The notes under the pieces are model-generated. The model saw only the letters and a program-made list of their open reading frames with translations, searched no databases and was not told where the DNA came from. Source: Terriglobia bacterium (GTDB lineage Bacteria > Acidobacteriota > Terriglobia > 20CM-2-55-15). From it: a DNA stretch of 64,000 nt. Of this stretch, positions 1 through 10,248 are shown piece by piece (the first letter of the stretch is position 1; every line of letters starts with the position of its first letter). The stretch spans positions 18,763 to 82,762 of the forward strand of contig CBDCLE010000008.1 of assembly GCA_965218585.1 (NCBI GenBank), written 5' to 3'. The translations under genes and the position numbers were made by a program.

Positions 1-2
1 AG

Positions 3-1268
3 CTGTTACCGTCCGGTAGCATCGCACGTGTCCGGGGGCTGCAGGTTCATAGTCGCGCAGTGGATGTAGCAGAGGCCGGACAGAGAACAGCGATCAATCT
101 TCAGGGTGTGGACGTTCGGGACGTGAACCGGGGAATGGTCTTGACCGAACCGGACACTCTCGGTGCCGCATCGATGTTTGATTGTCACCTGGAGTTGCTG
201 CCATCCGCCTCGGGAGCAATCAAGGGCAGGAAACGTATCCGGTTTCATGTAGGAACCTCCGAGATCATGGGCTACGTCGCGCTTCTGGGGAGCGATCGCC
301 TTGAACCGGGGAGCGAGGGGCTGGTGCAGATACGGTTGGAAGAGCCCGTTGTTGCGCTACCCGGAGACCGCTTTATCATCCGGCAGTATTCCCCGATGGT
401 TACTATCGGAGGCGGTGTAGTCCTGGAAACCGATCCGAAGAAGCACAGGTTGAGGGACCGACGTGTGACCGAACGGCTGACGATCTTCAAGGACGGGACG
501 CTCGAAGACCGACTGATGGTTCTTATCGGAGAAGCGGGTCTGGGGGCCGCCACCGTTTCGGATCTTGTGAGGCAAGTCGGGGTTTCCGCTGCGACACTGT
601 CCCAACACCTGGATCGACTTGAGGTCGACGGAGGGATTCGCTTTCTTTCCGATGCACCACCCACAGTTGTGTCCGGTGCGACGTTTCAGAAGGCGTCTTC
701 TGAAGTACTCTCATACGTTCAGAGTTTTCACCAGACCCAGCCTCTGTCCAGAGGCGTCTCCCGGGAAGAACTCAGAAATCGTCTCTTCCGACGAAGTTCC
801 AACCTCGTTTTTCAGACGGTGTTGGACGATCTCGAACGGGGAGAGAAGATTACACTCGCCCAGGAAATCGTCCACGCATTTGGGCGTGTAGTGACTCTGG
901 ATGCCGAGGAGGCTCAGATTCGGGAAAGCCTGGCCGAGGTATTTCGAAAGAATGGTCTGCAGGTTGCGTCACCGGAGGAAGTTATCGGCAAGCTCGGCCT
1001 GGAGAGTGAGAAGGCGCGGAAGATCCTTCAGTTGATGATCCAGGACCGGACGTTAGCCAAGGTCAACGAAGAACTCGTCGTCGATCGTGGCGTTATCGAT
1101 GAGGTCATAGAGAAACTTCACTCGCGCAAGACCTCTGACTCCAGCCTCGCTGTCGGAGACTTCAAAGACCTTGTAGGGGTCTCCCGCAAATACGCGATTC
1201 CGCTCCTCGAGTATTTAGACCGTGAACGTGTTACCCGACGCGTTGGAGACACCCGAAAAATTCTTTAG
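3..1268 (+). CDS. selB: Selenocysteine-specific translation elongation factor SelB (5' end outside window)
   Basis: Frame is open from the window edge. EF-Tu-like domain II/III motifs (AGQRTAINL, RFHVGTSE, PGDRFIIRQYSP.TIGGG) and C-terminal winged helix GVSRKYAIPLLEYLDRERVTRRVGDTR. Confidence 0.96.
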   Translation: MLPSGSIARVRGLQVHSRAVDVAEAGQRTAINLQGVDVRDVNRGMVLTEPDTLGAASMFDCHLELLPSASGAIKGRKRIRFHVGTSEIMGYVALLGSDRLEPGSEGLVQIRLEEPVVALPGDRFIIRQYSPMVTIGGGVVLETDPKKHRLRDRRVTERLTIFKDGTLEDRLMVLIGEAGLGAATVSDLVRQVGVSAATLSQHLDRLEVDGGIRFLSDAPPTVVSGATFQKASSEVLSYVQSFHQTQPLSRGVSREELRNRLFRRSSNLVFQTVLDDLERGEKITLAQEIVHAFGRVVTLDAEEAQIRESLAEVFRKNGLQVASPEEVIGKLGLESEKARKILQLMIQDRTLAKVNEELVVDRGVIDEVIEKLHSRKTSDSSLAVGDFKDLVGVSRKYAIPLLEYLDRERVTRRVGDTRKIL

Positions 1269-1451
1269 TTTTCAACACGGAGTTCACGAAGATGAACGAA
1301 GGCCTTTTGACGCGGCGCGAAACATTTCAAATGTCTGAGGCGTCAGTCAGATCGTTGGACCGCGATTCCCAACCTTTCACTTCTGCAGACGAGAATGGGC
1401 GGCCAGAACAGCCGCCCCATATCGATAGAAAGCTGAAGAACTGTTACTTCT

Positions 1452-1622
1452 TTACGTCTCTTTCGAGGGGGTTTCTTCGGAGTCGTCTCCCTTTATGGAC
1501 TTCTTAAAGTTCTTGATACCCTCGCCAACACCCTTTCCCATTTCGGGCAGGCGTTTCGCGCCGAACAAGAAGAAGATGATGATCAAAAGAATCACCAGTT
1601 CGGGTAAACCCAATCTAAACAT
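1452..1622 (-). CDS. tatA: Twin-arginine translocase TatA/E subunit (56 aa, below ORF-track cutoff)
   Basis: Manual translation: MFRLGLPELVILLIIIFFLFGAKRLPEMGKGVGEGIKNFKKSIKGDDSEETPSKET*. GGAGG RBS upstream. Confidence 0.95.
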   Translation of the reverse strand: MFRLGLPELVILLIIIFFLFGAKRLPEMGKGVGEGIKNFKKSIKGDDSEETPSKET

Positions 1623-1714
1623 GGAGTTCCTCCAGTCCTATCCTTCAGGCTCTCCAGACCTTGGGGCAGCATGAATGGACAAGTTAAGTACAGAAAAAGT
1701 ATATCGGAAAGGGT

Positions 1715-2215
1715 TCAGTTCGTCCAAATGTAATCCCACAGATAGAGCTCCCGCTCGCTCATCGGAGAGTCCGGTATCACGATGTGATATTGGTCTTCGA
1801 ACTCGGTGACCAGAAGGGCATAGACCTGGCCATCCGGTTCTCTGTAAACGAGGTAGTGATAGCTGCGTTCGCTGCCTTCCCGACGCCTCTGATCCAGGAT
1901 CCGGCCGCGTTCGAAGGGTTTTCGAAGCAACTGATCGATTTCGTCTTCTGTCGGCACTCGCAAGTCGTCTGTGTCACGACCCACACGGACGAGGATGTTG
2001 CCAGCGAGCACTTCCCGATCGGTGGCTTCCATTGCGTTCATAAAGATGTCCGCCGCCATCAAGGGAGGGCTGTACACGTAGTAGTAATAGAATCCCAGTG
2101 CCGTAGATCCTGCGACAAGCACTCCCACAAAACACAGGACCGACAGGCGAATCGGCAGTCTTAACGATCGTGGTGCCGGCTGCTGAACGTCTGTCTGTGA
2201 ATTGTCTGTATCCAT
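1715..2215 (-). CDS. Hypothetical membrane-anchored protein
   Basis: 166-aa ORF with one N-terminal hydrophobic helix, co-oriented with rqcH and tatA. Confidence 0.75.
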   Translation of the reverse strand: MDTDNSQTDVQQPAPRSLRLPIRLSVLCFVGVLVAGSTALGFYYYYVYSPPLMAADIFMNAMEATDREVLAGNILVRVGRDTDDLRVPTEDEIDQLLRKPFERGRILDQRRREGSERSYHYLVYREPDGQVYALLVTEFEDQYHIVIPDSPMSERELYLWDYIWTN

Positions 2216-2248
2216 ATTCGCTGAGTACGAGGGCTCGAGGCGGATGTC

Positions 2249-3985
2249 TCAACTATCCTCTGTTGCCTTCGCGTGTGACCAGTCGTGAGGTTCGACAGTC
2301 ACCGTCTTGAATTCCCTCAGGCGAACCAGACCTGGTTTTGCCTTCTTGGGCTTCGACACGAACTTGCGTTGCGTGTAGTGTACCTCTACCTTGTTCGAGT
2401 TGCGCGCTTGGGAGTAATAGGCTGCCAGTTGCGCCGCCCGGACCAGAATAGCTTCTTCCAGTTCGGTGTCCCGTGCCGGATTCCTGACGATGACGTGTGA
2501 CCCGGTGTAATCGGCGACATGGAACCAGAAATCGTCCCCGGTCGCAACTCTGAACGTGAGTTCGTCGTTTTCCCGACTGTTCCTTCCAACCAGAACCTCG
2601 TGGCCGTCCAGTTCTATGGAGCGTCGCCGGCGAGGGCCGGGCCGGGCCCTAGGCCTGCCCGACGCAGTTGGTTGCTGCTTGCCAGCTCGAGTGTTCATCG
2701 CCAACCACGCGTCCCAGGTACCGACGGATCCAATCCGGTCTGCCTCCGCCTGAAGTTGGGCCTCGGCGATTTCCAATTCAGAAAGCTGCTTGCGAACCAT
2801 CCCCATGCCGCGCTCCGCCTTATGGTGTTTTTTGAACATCCTGTTGACGTTCTCGCGGAGCGTCTTAGAGGGGTCCAGTTCGATCGTCCGTGACTCGGGA
2901 CCGTCGCCGAAGTAGTCGGTGACCTCGATGGTTTCATGATGACGATCCATATCGGCCCCGCTGGCGACCAGCATCTGAGCCCGGGTCCTGAATTCGTCGG
3001 CCTCACTGTATTGCTGTTGTCGATCGAGAAGGCGCTCGTGTTGTTGGGAGAGGCGCCGCATTCGATCTCTGATCCGTTTCATCTGCGGCGACTTGGCCTT
3101 TTCCAGTAGCGTACGGGATTCCAGTTCCTCCGATACGATTTGTGCGGCTTCAAGCATTCCAGGATACGTTTGGGCACCGTGCGTGTTGGCCAACGACTCC
3201 AGTTCGATTGGACTGAGGATCACTTTCTGGAGGGCCTGGATGTCGTTTTGTTCCAGAATCGCGCTGAAGGGCTTTTCCGAGTACACCCATGTCGTTGCGG
3301 CCGGCTCGAGCAGCTGAGCTACCAGATCCTTTATCAGGTCGGGCAATCCGCCCCCGGAAGTGGCTTTGCGACGTAGGATTTCGGCTGCGAATATAGGACC
3401 GACGCCCGCGATGTTTCGAATAAGCCAGTTCTTCGGATCCTTGTCGAAATCGGCTTCCACAAACCATGAAGGACCTTCCTCGCGCGTCAGTGCCAGATCC
3501 GTCTTATTCGTGTTCGGGTAAGAGTACTCACCATATTCATCGATTCCACGTTGTGGACCGGGCGCCACAACAGAGCCCAGTACTCGTCGGGCCCGATCCA
3601 GGAGGAAAAGGTTCGGTGAATTTGGCAGAAGCTCAGCGACGAGGAAGACAGTTTCCAGTTCCGGGGCGGGTAGTGCGGTCTTGAACTTCAACTCTACGAT
3701 ACGCTCGGAGAGAGGCTTTTCTATTTCCAGAAGCTGGGCAGAGGCCAGGTGCTTCCTGAGGATCATCAGGAAGTCCGTCGTTACTGCCTCGACAGGTGGT
3801 CGTTCTCCCGAAACGTAGATCACGGGGTTTCGCGCATTGAGTGATAGTTTCAGCGCCGGTATCTTGACGGTTCGCGTCTGCAGCAGGAAACCGTTCGGAT
3901 GGTGTTGGACCACACGCCTTACCACCATCCCCCGGGTTACCGTCTTCAGTTGCTCGACCAGCGCGATGAGCGCGAAGTTTTCCAT
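2249..3985 (-). CDS. rqcH: Ribosome quality control protein RqcH (NFACT/FbpA family)
   Basis: FbpA N-terminal pattern (FLMILRKHL..A.L..IE....ERIV, AELL...PNL), coiled coil, NFACT-R domain (VGRNSRENDELT, DFWFHV....GSHVIVR, AAQLAAYYS, KPKKAKPGLV). Confidence 0.92.
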   Translation of the reverse strand: MENFALIALVEQLKTVTRGMVVRRVVQHHPNGFLLQTRTVKIPALKLSLNARNPVIYVSGERPPVEAVTTDFLMILRKHLASAQLLEIEKPLSERIVELKFKTALPAPELETVFLVAELLPNSPNLFLLDRARRVLGSVVAPGPQRGIDEYGEYSYPNTNKTDLALTREEGPSWFVEADFDKDPKNWLIRNIAGVGPIFAAEILRRKATSGGGLPDLIKDLVAQLLEPAATTWVYSEKPFSAILEQNDIQALQKVILSPIELESLANTHGAQTYPGMLEAAQIVSEELESRTLLEKAKSPQMKRIRDRMRRLSQQHERLLDRQQQYSEADEFRTRAQMLVASGADMDRHHETIEVTDYFGDGPESRTIELDPSKTLRENVNRMFKKHHKAERGMGMVRKQLSELEIAEAQLQAEADRIGSVGTWDAWLAMNTRAGKQQPTASGRPRARPGPRRRRSIELDGHEVLVGRNSRENDELTFRVATGDDFWFHVADYTGSHVIVRNPARDTELEEAILVRAAQLAAYYSQARNSNKVEVHYTQRKFVSKPKKAKPGLVRLREFKTVTVEPHDWSHAKATEDS

Positions 3986-4012
3986 TTACCTATTCTAGCG
4001 GTAATTCTTCGA

Positions 4013-4071
4013 CTGTAGGTGCGGTCTATGACCGCACTTCTTGATTGTGCGGTCATAGACCGCACCTACAG
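4013..4071. repeat. Inverted doublet of GTAG-type REP-like palindromes
   Basis: CTGTAGGTGCGGTCTATGACCGCAC-ttcttgatt-GTGCGGTCATAGACCGCACCTACAG. A related single copy is at 10215-10237. Confidence 0.8.
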
Positions 4072-4072
4072 G

Positions 4073-4585
4073 TCAGATGCGTTTGACGAATGTGGCCGAG
4101 ACTTTATCGGCCCACGTAAGGTGTTCCGGATCGATGAAGGCCCAAAGAAATCCGAAAAGGAGGGGCACGACGGAAATCAGGTAGCCAAAACTCCTGAGAA
4201 AAGCTTCGGTGGGAGCCAGGCGGTCTCCAATCCGGTTGACCGCAACAAGACCGTGGATTCGCATCCCCGTTGTCTGGCTCATGCTCAACATGAACAACAA
4301 GAAATAGACGACGAGAAGAAGCAAGTAAGCAGCGCCGTAGATTCCAAGGATCCGGCGGTTCAGTGGGATCGGCACCGGCATTTCAGAGACGGTTGAGATG
4401 ACGAAGATCATGTATAGCCCGAAGACGATCACCAGATCGGTCAAGAGGGCATAGGTTCGCGGTAGGAGAAGGCCGCGCTGGTACTCAGGGAGGGTGAATT
4501 CAGCGGCGTAGTTTTCGTCATCGAAGTCCAGTCCAGGCTGGATCTTGGATAAGTCGATGACCGTCCTACGACCCTTTCGTTGCAT
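4073..4585 (-). CDS. RDD family membrane protein
   Basis: R..A.L.D motif, QTTGMR..GL..V, GFLWAFID......WADKVS.T.V. Confidence 0.9.
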   Translation of the reverse strand: MQRKGRRTVIDLSKIQPGLDFDDENYAAEFTLPEYQRGLLLPRTYALLTDLVIVFGLYMIFVISTVSEMPVPIPLNRRILGIYGAAYLLLLVVYFLLFMLSMSQTTGMRIHGLVAVNRIGDRLAPTEAFLRSFGYLISVVPLLFGFLWAFIDPEHLTWADKVSATFVKRI

Positions 4586-4647
4586 TCAGATGAATTTTAT
4601 CACGGTTCTTGCGACCGGAAGTCCAATGTGATTTATCCTATTCATTC

Positions 4648-6720
4648 ATGCATGCTTGGATCTTAGTTCTCCTTCTGATGGCGCCGCCTCAGGATGAGCT
4701 CGTCGTGGACGCCGGACGACTTGAGCGCACAGGTAGTGTTCTGACCTACTCCGGTGACGTAGTTGTCACGTATCGGGATATTCGTGTGGAAGCGGATACG
4801 ATTGTTTACGATGAATCCACCCAGATACTGGAGGCGTCGGACGGCGTGACGTTCGTTCGCGGCGAGGAGCGGCTCGCCGGTCGGCGCCTCGAAATCAATC
4901 TGGAGACGACCGCAGGATTGCTAACCGAAGCCACCGGTGCATTGGGTCCCGGTTATCTCATCGAGGCAGCTGAGGCCTACCGGTTGGAAGACGGTCGTTA
5001 CGAGCTTTTCGATGCGACCGTGACCACCTGCGACGACGAAGGACATCCGGGATGGGAATTCCACACACCGCGGACAACGATCGATCCGGATGCAAACGTC
5101 AAGGCTGTCCATTCGGTGTTGCGGATCCAGGGTATTCCGGTTTTCTATATGCCCTACCTGAGCGCGCCGGTCCAGACACGGCCACGTTCTTCCGGTTTCC
5201 TTACGCCCCAGACTTCAACTTCCACAACTAAGGGGCGAAGCATCAGCGAGTCGTTTTATTATGTCATCAACCGGAGTGCAGATCTCACCCTGACGGGAGA
5301 GTACTTCACGCTGCGCGGTCTGGCCGGAGCGGCTCGGTTCCGCGCCGTTCCCAATGATCAATCCAGTGTCGAGATCGATACCTTCTTTGCCGATGATCGC
5401 AGGGGACAGGGTGGCCAGAGTGCGCGAATCCTGACATACACCCAACGCGGCAACCTGCGCGCCGTGGCCGACATGAACCTGGTCAGTTCGTTTGTGTTTC
5501 GCCAGGTGTTCGAGGAAGGATTCGACGTGATCTCTTCGCCGACCGAACGGTCGCGTGCCTTCGCGACCTACGACACGCAGACCGCCAGCTACAATTTCCT
5601 TTACACGCGTCAGGGAACTTTCTTTGTCGACCAACCCACTACGATCATCCGCAAGTTTCCGTCTCTCGGTATGTCCCTGCATGCGCGCCCGGTGGGTGAC
5701 CTGCCCCTGTATTTCAGTTTCGATGGCAGTGTGGCGGGTTTGCATCGGCGCGATGCGGTGGCTGAAAGTTCCGGGTTCGTGGGACGCGTGGATATCCATC
5801 CGAAGGTAGAGATACCGATTTTGCGCGGCGCAGCCTTCAGCTGGAGTCACCAGCTTGGTGTTCGGGAGACGTTTTATTCGGACCGACAGAGGGTCGGGGA
5901 CGAGCGCGATTCTCTGAATCGTCTGGCCTTCGACTACGGGTTCCAGTTCAGCGGGCCACAATTGGAGAAGCAGTACAGCAACTGGAGACACGTCATTGAA
6001 CCGCAGGTCGAGTACCGGTATGTGACCGGTGTTGACGAATTCGGCAATACGCTGCTGATCGACGATACGGATTTGTTCGTCGATACGAATGAAGTTCGCT
6101 ATGGGATTACGAATCGATTCTTCACGGATCGTGAAGTGCTCAGCTGGACTCTGACGCAGAAGTATTATGCCGATCCGACCTTTGGTGGTGCGTTGGTGCC
6201 GGGTCGCGACAATGTTCTGGAACCGATTCTGGATCTGACGGGATTCGGTTTTGCGGACGAAGCGCGGCGGTTCTCACCGCTGGTGTCTATTCTTCGCTTC
6301 TCTCCGCGCGCAAGTACGAGCACTGATCTACAGGTCGACTACGACACCGTTCGGAGACAGTTCCGCAGTACCGGTATTATCGGTCGTTATCAGGCGGGTC
6401 CAACTTTCTACAACGTTGCCTATTTTTTCACCCGTAGAAGTTTGATTCAACTACCCAACAATCAGATCCGTGCGACCCTGGGATACGGCGATTCCCAACG
6501 CCAGGGTCTGAATGGCGCGATCAGCTTCGCATACAACATCGATCAATCGATTCTGCAGGCCTCGACAGCACAGATTAGCTATAATACCGACTGCTACGGA
6601 TTGCATCTGGAGTTCATGCAATTCGATCTGGGCCCCCGTCGGGAAAGCCGTTTTCGGTTTTCCTTTTCACTGAAAGATCTCGGATCGATCGGCACACTTG
6701 GGCAGAACCGTCTTTTCTAA
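4648..6720 (+). CDS. lptD: LPS assembly outer-membrane protein LptD
   Basis: Signal peptide, OstA-like N-domain, TTC motif, [15 protein letters not shown], beta-barrel-like C-terminal part with YNTDC. Start chosen at ATG 4648. Confidence 0.88.
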   Translation: MHAWILVLLLMAPPQDELVVDAGRLERTGSVLTYSGDVVVTYRDIRVEADTIVYDESTQILEASDGVTFVRGEERLAGRRLEINLETTAGLLTEATGALGPGYLIEAAEAYRLEDGRYELFDATVTTCDDEGHPGWEFHTPRTTIDPDANVKAVHSVLRIQGIPVFYMPYLSAPVQTRPRSSGFLTPQTSTSTTKGRSISESFYYVINRSADLTLTGEYFTLRGLAGAARFRAVPNDQSSVEIDTFFADDRRGQGGQSARILTYTQRGNLRAVADMNLVSSFVFRQVFEEGFDVISSPTERSRAFATYDTQTASYNFLYTRQGTFFVDQPTTIIRKFPSLGMSLHARPVGDLPLYFSFDGSVAGLHRRDAVAESSGFVGRVDIHPKVEIPILRGAAFSWSHQLGVRETFYSDRQRVGDERDSLNRLAFDYGFQFSGPQLEKQYSNWRHVIEPQVEYRYVTGVDEFGNTLLIDDTDLFVDTNEVRYGITNRFFTDREVLSWTLTQKYYADPTFGGALVPGRDNVLEPILDLTGFGFADEARRFSPLVSILRFSPRASTSTDLQVDYDTVRRQFRSTGIIGRYQAGPTFYNVAYFFTRRSLIQLPNNQIRATLGYGDSQRQGLNGAISFAYNIDQSILQASTAQISYNTDCYGLHLEFMQFDLGPRRESRFRFSFSLKDLGSIGTLGQNRLF

Positions 6721-6733
6721 ACAACACGCAGCT

Positions 6734-7702
6734 ATGCCATTCCCTCTTCATCGCATGCGCCGATTGAGGCGTAAGGACAGGCTTCGGTCCCTGGTCCAGG
6801 AAACACGACTGAGTCGCCAGGCCCTGATCTATCCGATCTTCGTCTGTCCGGGTTCAGGTGTGCGCAACGAAATTCCGTCGATGCCGGGGCAGTACAACCT
6901 TTCGGTCGACGAAGCGGTCAAGGTCGCGGTCAAAGCGGAACAGGCGGGACTTGGCGGTCTCATGCTTTTCGGTATTCCCGAGTCTAAAGACGCAGTGGGC
7001 AGCGGCGCGTACGATGAAAACGGGATCGTCCAGCAGGCGCTAAGGGAGATCAGCAAGAGTGTCACTGAACTCGTGCTCGTCGCAGACGTATGCTTATGCG
7101 AGTACACCGATCACGGCCACTGCGGTGTGGTTCGCGACGGATACGTGGTGAATGATGCTTCCCTTGAATTGTTGGCTAAGACGGCCCTGAGCCAGGCTCA
7201 GGCCGGGGCTGACATGGTGGCGCCGTCGGACATGATGGATGGACGGGTGGACGCGATCCGGTCTGCCTTGGATGGGTCCGGTTTCGATGACATACCGATC
7301 ATGTCCTACGCAGCCAAGTACTCGTCGGCTTTCTACGGTCCGTTTCGTGAGGCCGCAGGGGCCACACCGCAGTTCGGCGACCGGCGCAGTTACCAGATGG
7401 ATCCGCCGAATGTTCGTGAGGCTCTGAGAGAAATCGAAATGGATCTTGAAGAGGGCGCTGACATCGTGATGGTCAAGCCGGCTATGGCTTATCTTGACGT
7501 CATCGTTCGCGCGCGGGATGCTTTTACTGCCCCGCTGGCCGCGTATCAGGTGAGCGGTGAGTATTCAATGATCGAAGCGGCGGCGGGAAACGGATGGGTC
7601 GATCGGGAAAAAACGATTCTGGAATCCATTATCGCCATCAAACGTGCCGGCGCCGACATCGTTATCAGTTACTACGCACTGGAACTTGCCGAGCTGTTGT
7701 AG
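6734..7702 (+). CDS. hemB: Porphobilinogen synthase (ALA dehydratase)
   Basis: [20 protein letters not shown] zinc site, [30 protein letters not shown]. Confidence 0.98.
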   Translation: MPFPLHRMRRLRRKDRLRSLVQETRLSRQALIYPIFVCPGSGVRNEIPSMPGQYNLSVDEAVKVAVKAEQAGLGGLMLFGIPESKDAVGSGAYDENGIVQQALREISKSVTELVLVADVCLCEYTDHGHCGVVRDGYVVNDASLELLAKTALSQAQAGADMVAPSDMMDGRVDAIRSALDGSGFDDIPIMSYAAKYSSAFYGPFREAAGATPQFGDRRSYQMDPPNVREALREIEMDLEEGADIVMVKPAMAYLDVIVRARDAFTAPLAAYQVSGEYSMIEAAAGNGWVDREKTILESIIAIKRAGADIVISYYALELAELL

Positions 7703-7770
7703 GAAGAGAAGTGACGAGCCCCCTTTCTGTGCCTCCGTGCCTCTGTGGTTATTTCCTGAACTGAAAAATT

Positions 7771-9042
7771 ATGAGTGAATCCGAAATCCTGTTCAATCGT
7801 GCGGAAAAGGTCATGCCTGGCGGAGTGAATTCTCCCGTCAGGGCTTTCAAAGCTGTTGGCGGAAGCCCCGTGTTTATTCAGAAAGGCGAGGGTTCACGAA
7901 TCTGGGACGCCGACGGACGATCCTACATCGACTACATCGGGTCCTGGGGCCCACTGATCAATGGTCATAGACCGACGGCCGTGACAGAGGGTCTTCGAAG
8001 AGTGATAGACGAGATGGGAACTTCGTTCGGGGCTCCGACCGCGTCAGAGGTTGAACTGGCCGAAGTGATCTGTAGCCGTTTTCCGTCGATCGACAAGGTT
8101 CGGCTCGTGAATTCGGGAACCGAGGCGACGATGAGTGCGATCCGCCTGGCTCGAGGTTTTACCGGTCGCGACAAGATTGTTAAGTTCGAAGGGTGTTACC
8201 ACGGGCACGGCGACAGCCTTTTGGTAAAAGCAGGTTCCGGCGTTCTGACCCTGGGGCTGCCCGACAGTCCAGGAGTGCCCGCAGCTTTGGCCGAGTTGAC
8301 CCTGGTCGCGGGATACAACGACCGTGGGAGTATTAAGGATCTGTTTGCGCGAACAGGCGAAGAGATCGCGTGCGTCATAGTAGAGCCGGTTGCCGGCAAC
8401 ATGGGATGCGTGCCTCCGGCGCCCGGGTTTTTGGAATTGCTTCGGGAATTGACGACTGCGTCCGGCACCGTACTGATCTTCGATGAGGTGATGACTGGGT
8501 TTCGCCTGTCTTCGGGGGGTGCGCAGAACCGTTACGGTATCCGGCCCGACCTGACGACACTTGGGAAGATTATTGGAGGCGGGTTGCCGGTTGGCGCTTA
8601 CGGTGGCCGGGCCGACATCATGGACCGGGTGGCACCCGTGGGGCCCGTCTATCAGGCTGGGACACTTTCGGGTAACCCGCTGGCCGTCGCGGCCGGTCTG
8701 GAGACCCTGCACAGCCTGGATTCTGAGGAACCGTATGAGAAGCTCGAGCAGCTCGGTTCCCATCTGGAGCGCGGTATCAATGAAACCGCTGTCGAACGCG
8801 GTGTGCGCGTTCAAGTGAACCGCGTGGGCTCCATGCTTACACTCTTCTTCGCAGATCAAGCCGTTACAGATTTTCCGTCCGCCAGGGCTGCCGATACGGC
8901 GCGTTTCGAAGAATTTTTCCGAAAGATGCTGGCCGAGGGTATCTACTGGCCACCTTCACAGTTTGAGGCAGCGTTCGTTTCGACGGCGCACTCCGAAAGC
9001 GACGTCGACGAGACGGTCGAGGCCATCGGCCGCAGTCTCTAG
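7771..9042 (+). CDS. hemL: Glutamate-1-semialdehyde 2,1-aminomutase
   Basis: [57 protein letters not shown]. Confidence 0.98.
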   Translation: MSESEILFNRAEKVMPGGVNSPVRAFKAVGGSPVFIQKGEGSRIWDADGRSYIDYIGSWGPLINGHRPTAVTEGLRRVIDEMGTSFGAPTASEVELAEVICSRFPSIDKVRLVNSGTEATMSAIRLARGFTGRDKIVKFEGCYHGHGDSLLVKAGSGVLTLGLPDSPGVPAALAELTLVAGYNDRGSIKDLFARTGEEIACVIVEPVAGNMGCVPPAPGFLELLRELTTASGTVLIFDEVMTGFRLSSGGAQNRYGIRPDLTTLGKIIGGGLPVGAYGGRADIMDRVAPVGPVYQAGTLSGNPLAVAAGLETLHSLDSEEPYEKLEQLGSHLERGINETAVERGVRVQVNRVGSMLTLFFADQAVTDFPSARAADTARFEEFFRKMLAEGIYWPPSQFEAAFVSTAHSESDVDETVEAIGRSL

Positions 9043-9397
9043 AACAATCTGAAGGACGCGACCAATGCTAAGTATTTGCCGTTGAATCGACTTGTGACGC
9101 CGCGCAACGTGTTATGGAATCACTTAAAGCGTTCGGCTTTGGTGAGATCGGTTTGAAGAGCGAGGATTTTCTGTTGTTCAACTCGGCGTGCCTCCTGTTC
9201 GCATCGACATCATAACGTCGATTTTCGGTGTTTCATGGAATGAGGCGAATGCGGGGAGAGCGGAGGGCCGGCATTTCTCGTGTTCGTCAGAAGCAGGCAA
9301 AACCGCCAGGTGTTTTCGGTGGAAATTTTCTCGACAGGCAGTCCCGAGCCAACCGATTTTTCCTACCCGGCAGGAATTTCCTGTCCTCTGGTTGAGT

Positions 9398-9410
9398 TAA
9401 GTCATTGATT
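9398..9410 (-). promoter_or_regulatory. IHF binding site
   Basis: Reverse strand AATCAATGACTTA matches WATCAANNNNTTR exactly; lies just upstream of the sigma54 motif. Confidence 0.65.
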
Positions 9411-9426
9411 TTAAATCTGTTTCAAT

Positions 9427-9443
9427 TTGGCACAGGACATGCA
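9427..9443 (+). promoter_or_regulatory. Sigma54 (-24/-12) promoter
   Basis: TTGGCACAGGACATGCA matches TGGCAC-N5-(T)TGCA with correct GG/GC spacing, about 35 nt before the GGDEF gene start. Confidence 0.75.
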
Positions 9444-9477
9444 ATTTCCATACTCGCCAGACGGAGGATTGGTTGTA

Positions 9478-10119
9478 ATGAGTTTAGCGAGTACCAACAG
9501 AGAATCGGATCCGCAGATCAGACTTGCTGAACTGGAACGAAAGAACCAGATCCTCGAGGCCGAGAACGAGCAGCTTCGCGTATACAAAGACTACGCCTAC
9601 ACAGATGTCCTGACCGAGATCCCTAACCGCCGCTTCTATCACGAGCGTCTCGTCCAGGAGATGGCGCGGGCGCGTCGTAGTCAACATCCGCTCGGCCTGG
9701 CACTTGTCGATTTAGATCACTTCAAAGAGATCAACGATCAGATTGGACACCGGGCCGGCGATCAGGTCCTCAAGTTCTTCTCGCAGTTCTTGAGGGTGAA
9801 CCTTCGCCAGGAAGACATCCTTTGCCGGATTGGCGGCGATGAGTTCTCTATCATTCTTCCGGATACCGATTCACAGCGAGCCGAAATCTTCTTCGACCGC
9901 GTCAAGGCCAAGCTCGACCGAATCGATCTGTCGCTCGACGGCCGTGACGACATCAGAGTGTCTTTCAGTTGTGGGATCGCTTCTTTCTCATCGGAATACA
10001 GTCCAGAGGATTTAATAGATCAGGCCGATCACGCCCTGTACACCGCGAAAGCGAGAGGACGCAACCAGGTTGTCGCCTCGGGCCAGAGTCCCGTTTTGGC
10101 CAATGGTTTCGTAAACTGA
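9478..10119 (+). CDS. Diguanylate cyclase (coiled coil + GGDEF)
   Basis: TDVLTEIPNRR, DLDHFKEIND..GH..GD, RQED I-site, intact GGDEF, AD.ALY.AK..GRNQV. GGAGG RBS before ATG 9478. Confidence 0.93.
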   Translation: MSLASTNRESDPQIRLAELERKNQILEAENEQLRVYKDYAYTDVLTEIPNRRFYHERLVQEMARARRSQHPLGLALVDLDHFKEINDQIGHRAGDQVLKFFSQFLRVNLRQEDILCRIGGDEFSIILPDTDSQRAEIFFDRVKAKLDRIDLSLDGRDDIRVSFSCGIASFSSEYSPEDLIDQADHALYTAKARGRNQVVASGQSPVLANGFVN

Positions 10120-10175
10120 ATTTCATGTGACGCATAGTCACACACACGAGTTTCCGTCCAAACAACAACTCCTGA

Positions 10176-10203
10176 CGGCGGTCTTCGGACCGCCGCTTTT
10201 TTT
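10176..10203 (+). terminator. Rho-independent terminator
   Basis: CGGCGGTC-TTCG-GACCGCCG hairpin followed by a T7 run, downstream of the GGDEF gene. Confidence 0.9.
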
Positions 10204-10248
10204 GCCTGTTTTCCGTAGGTGGGCTCTATGAGCGCACAATCGGGGAAA

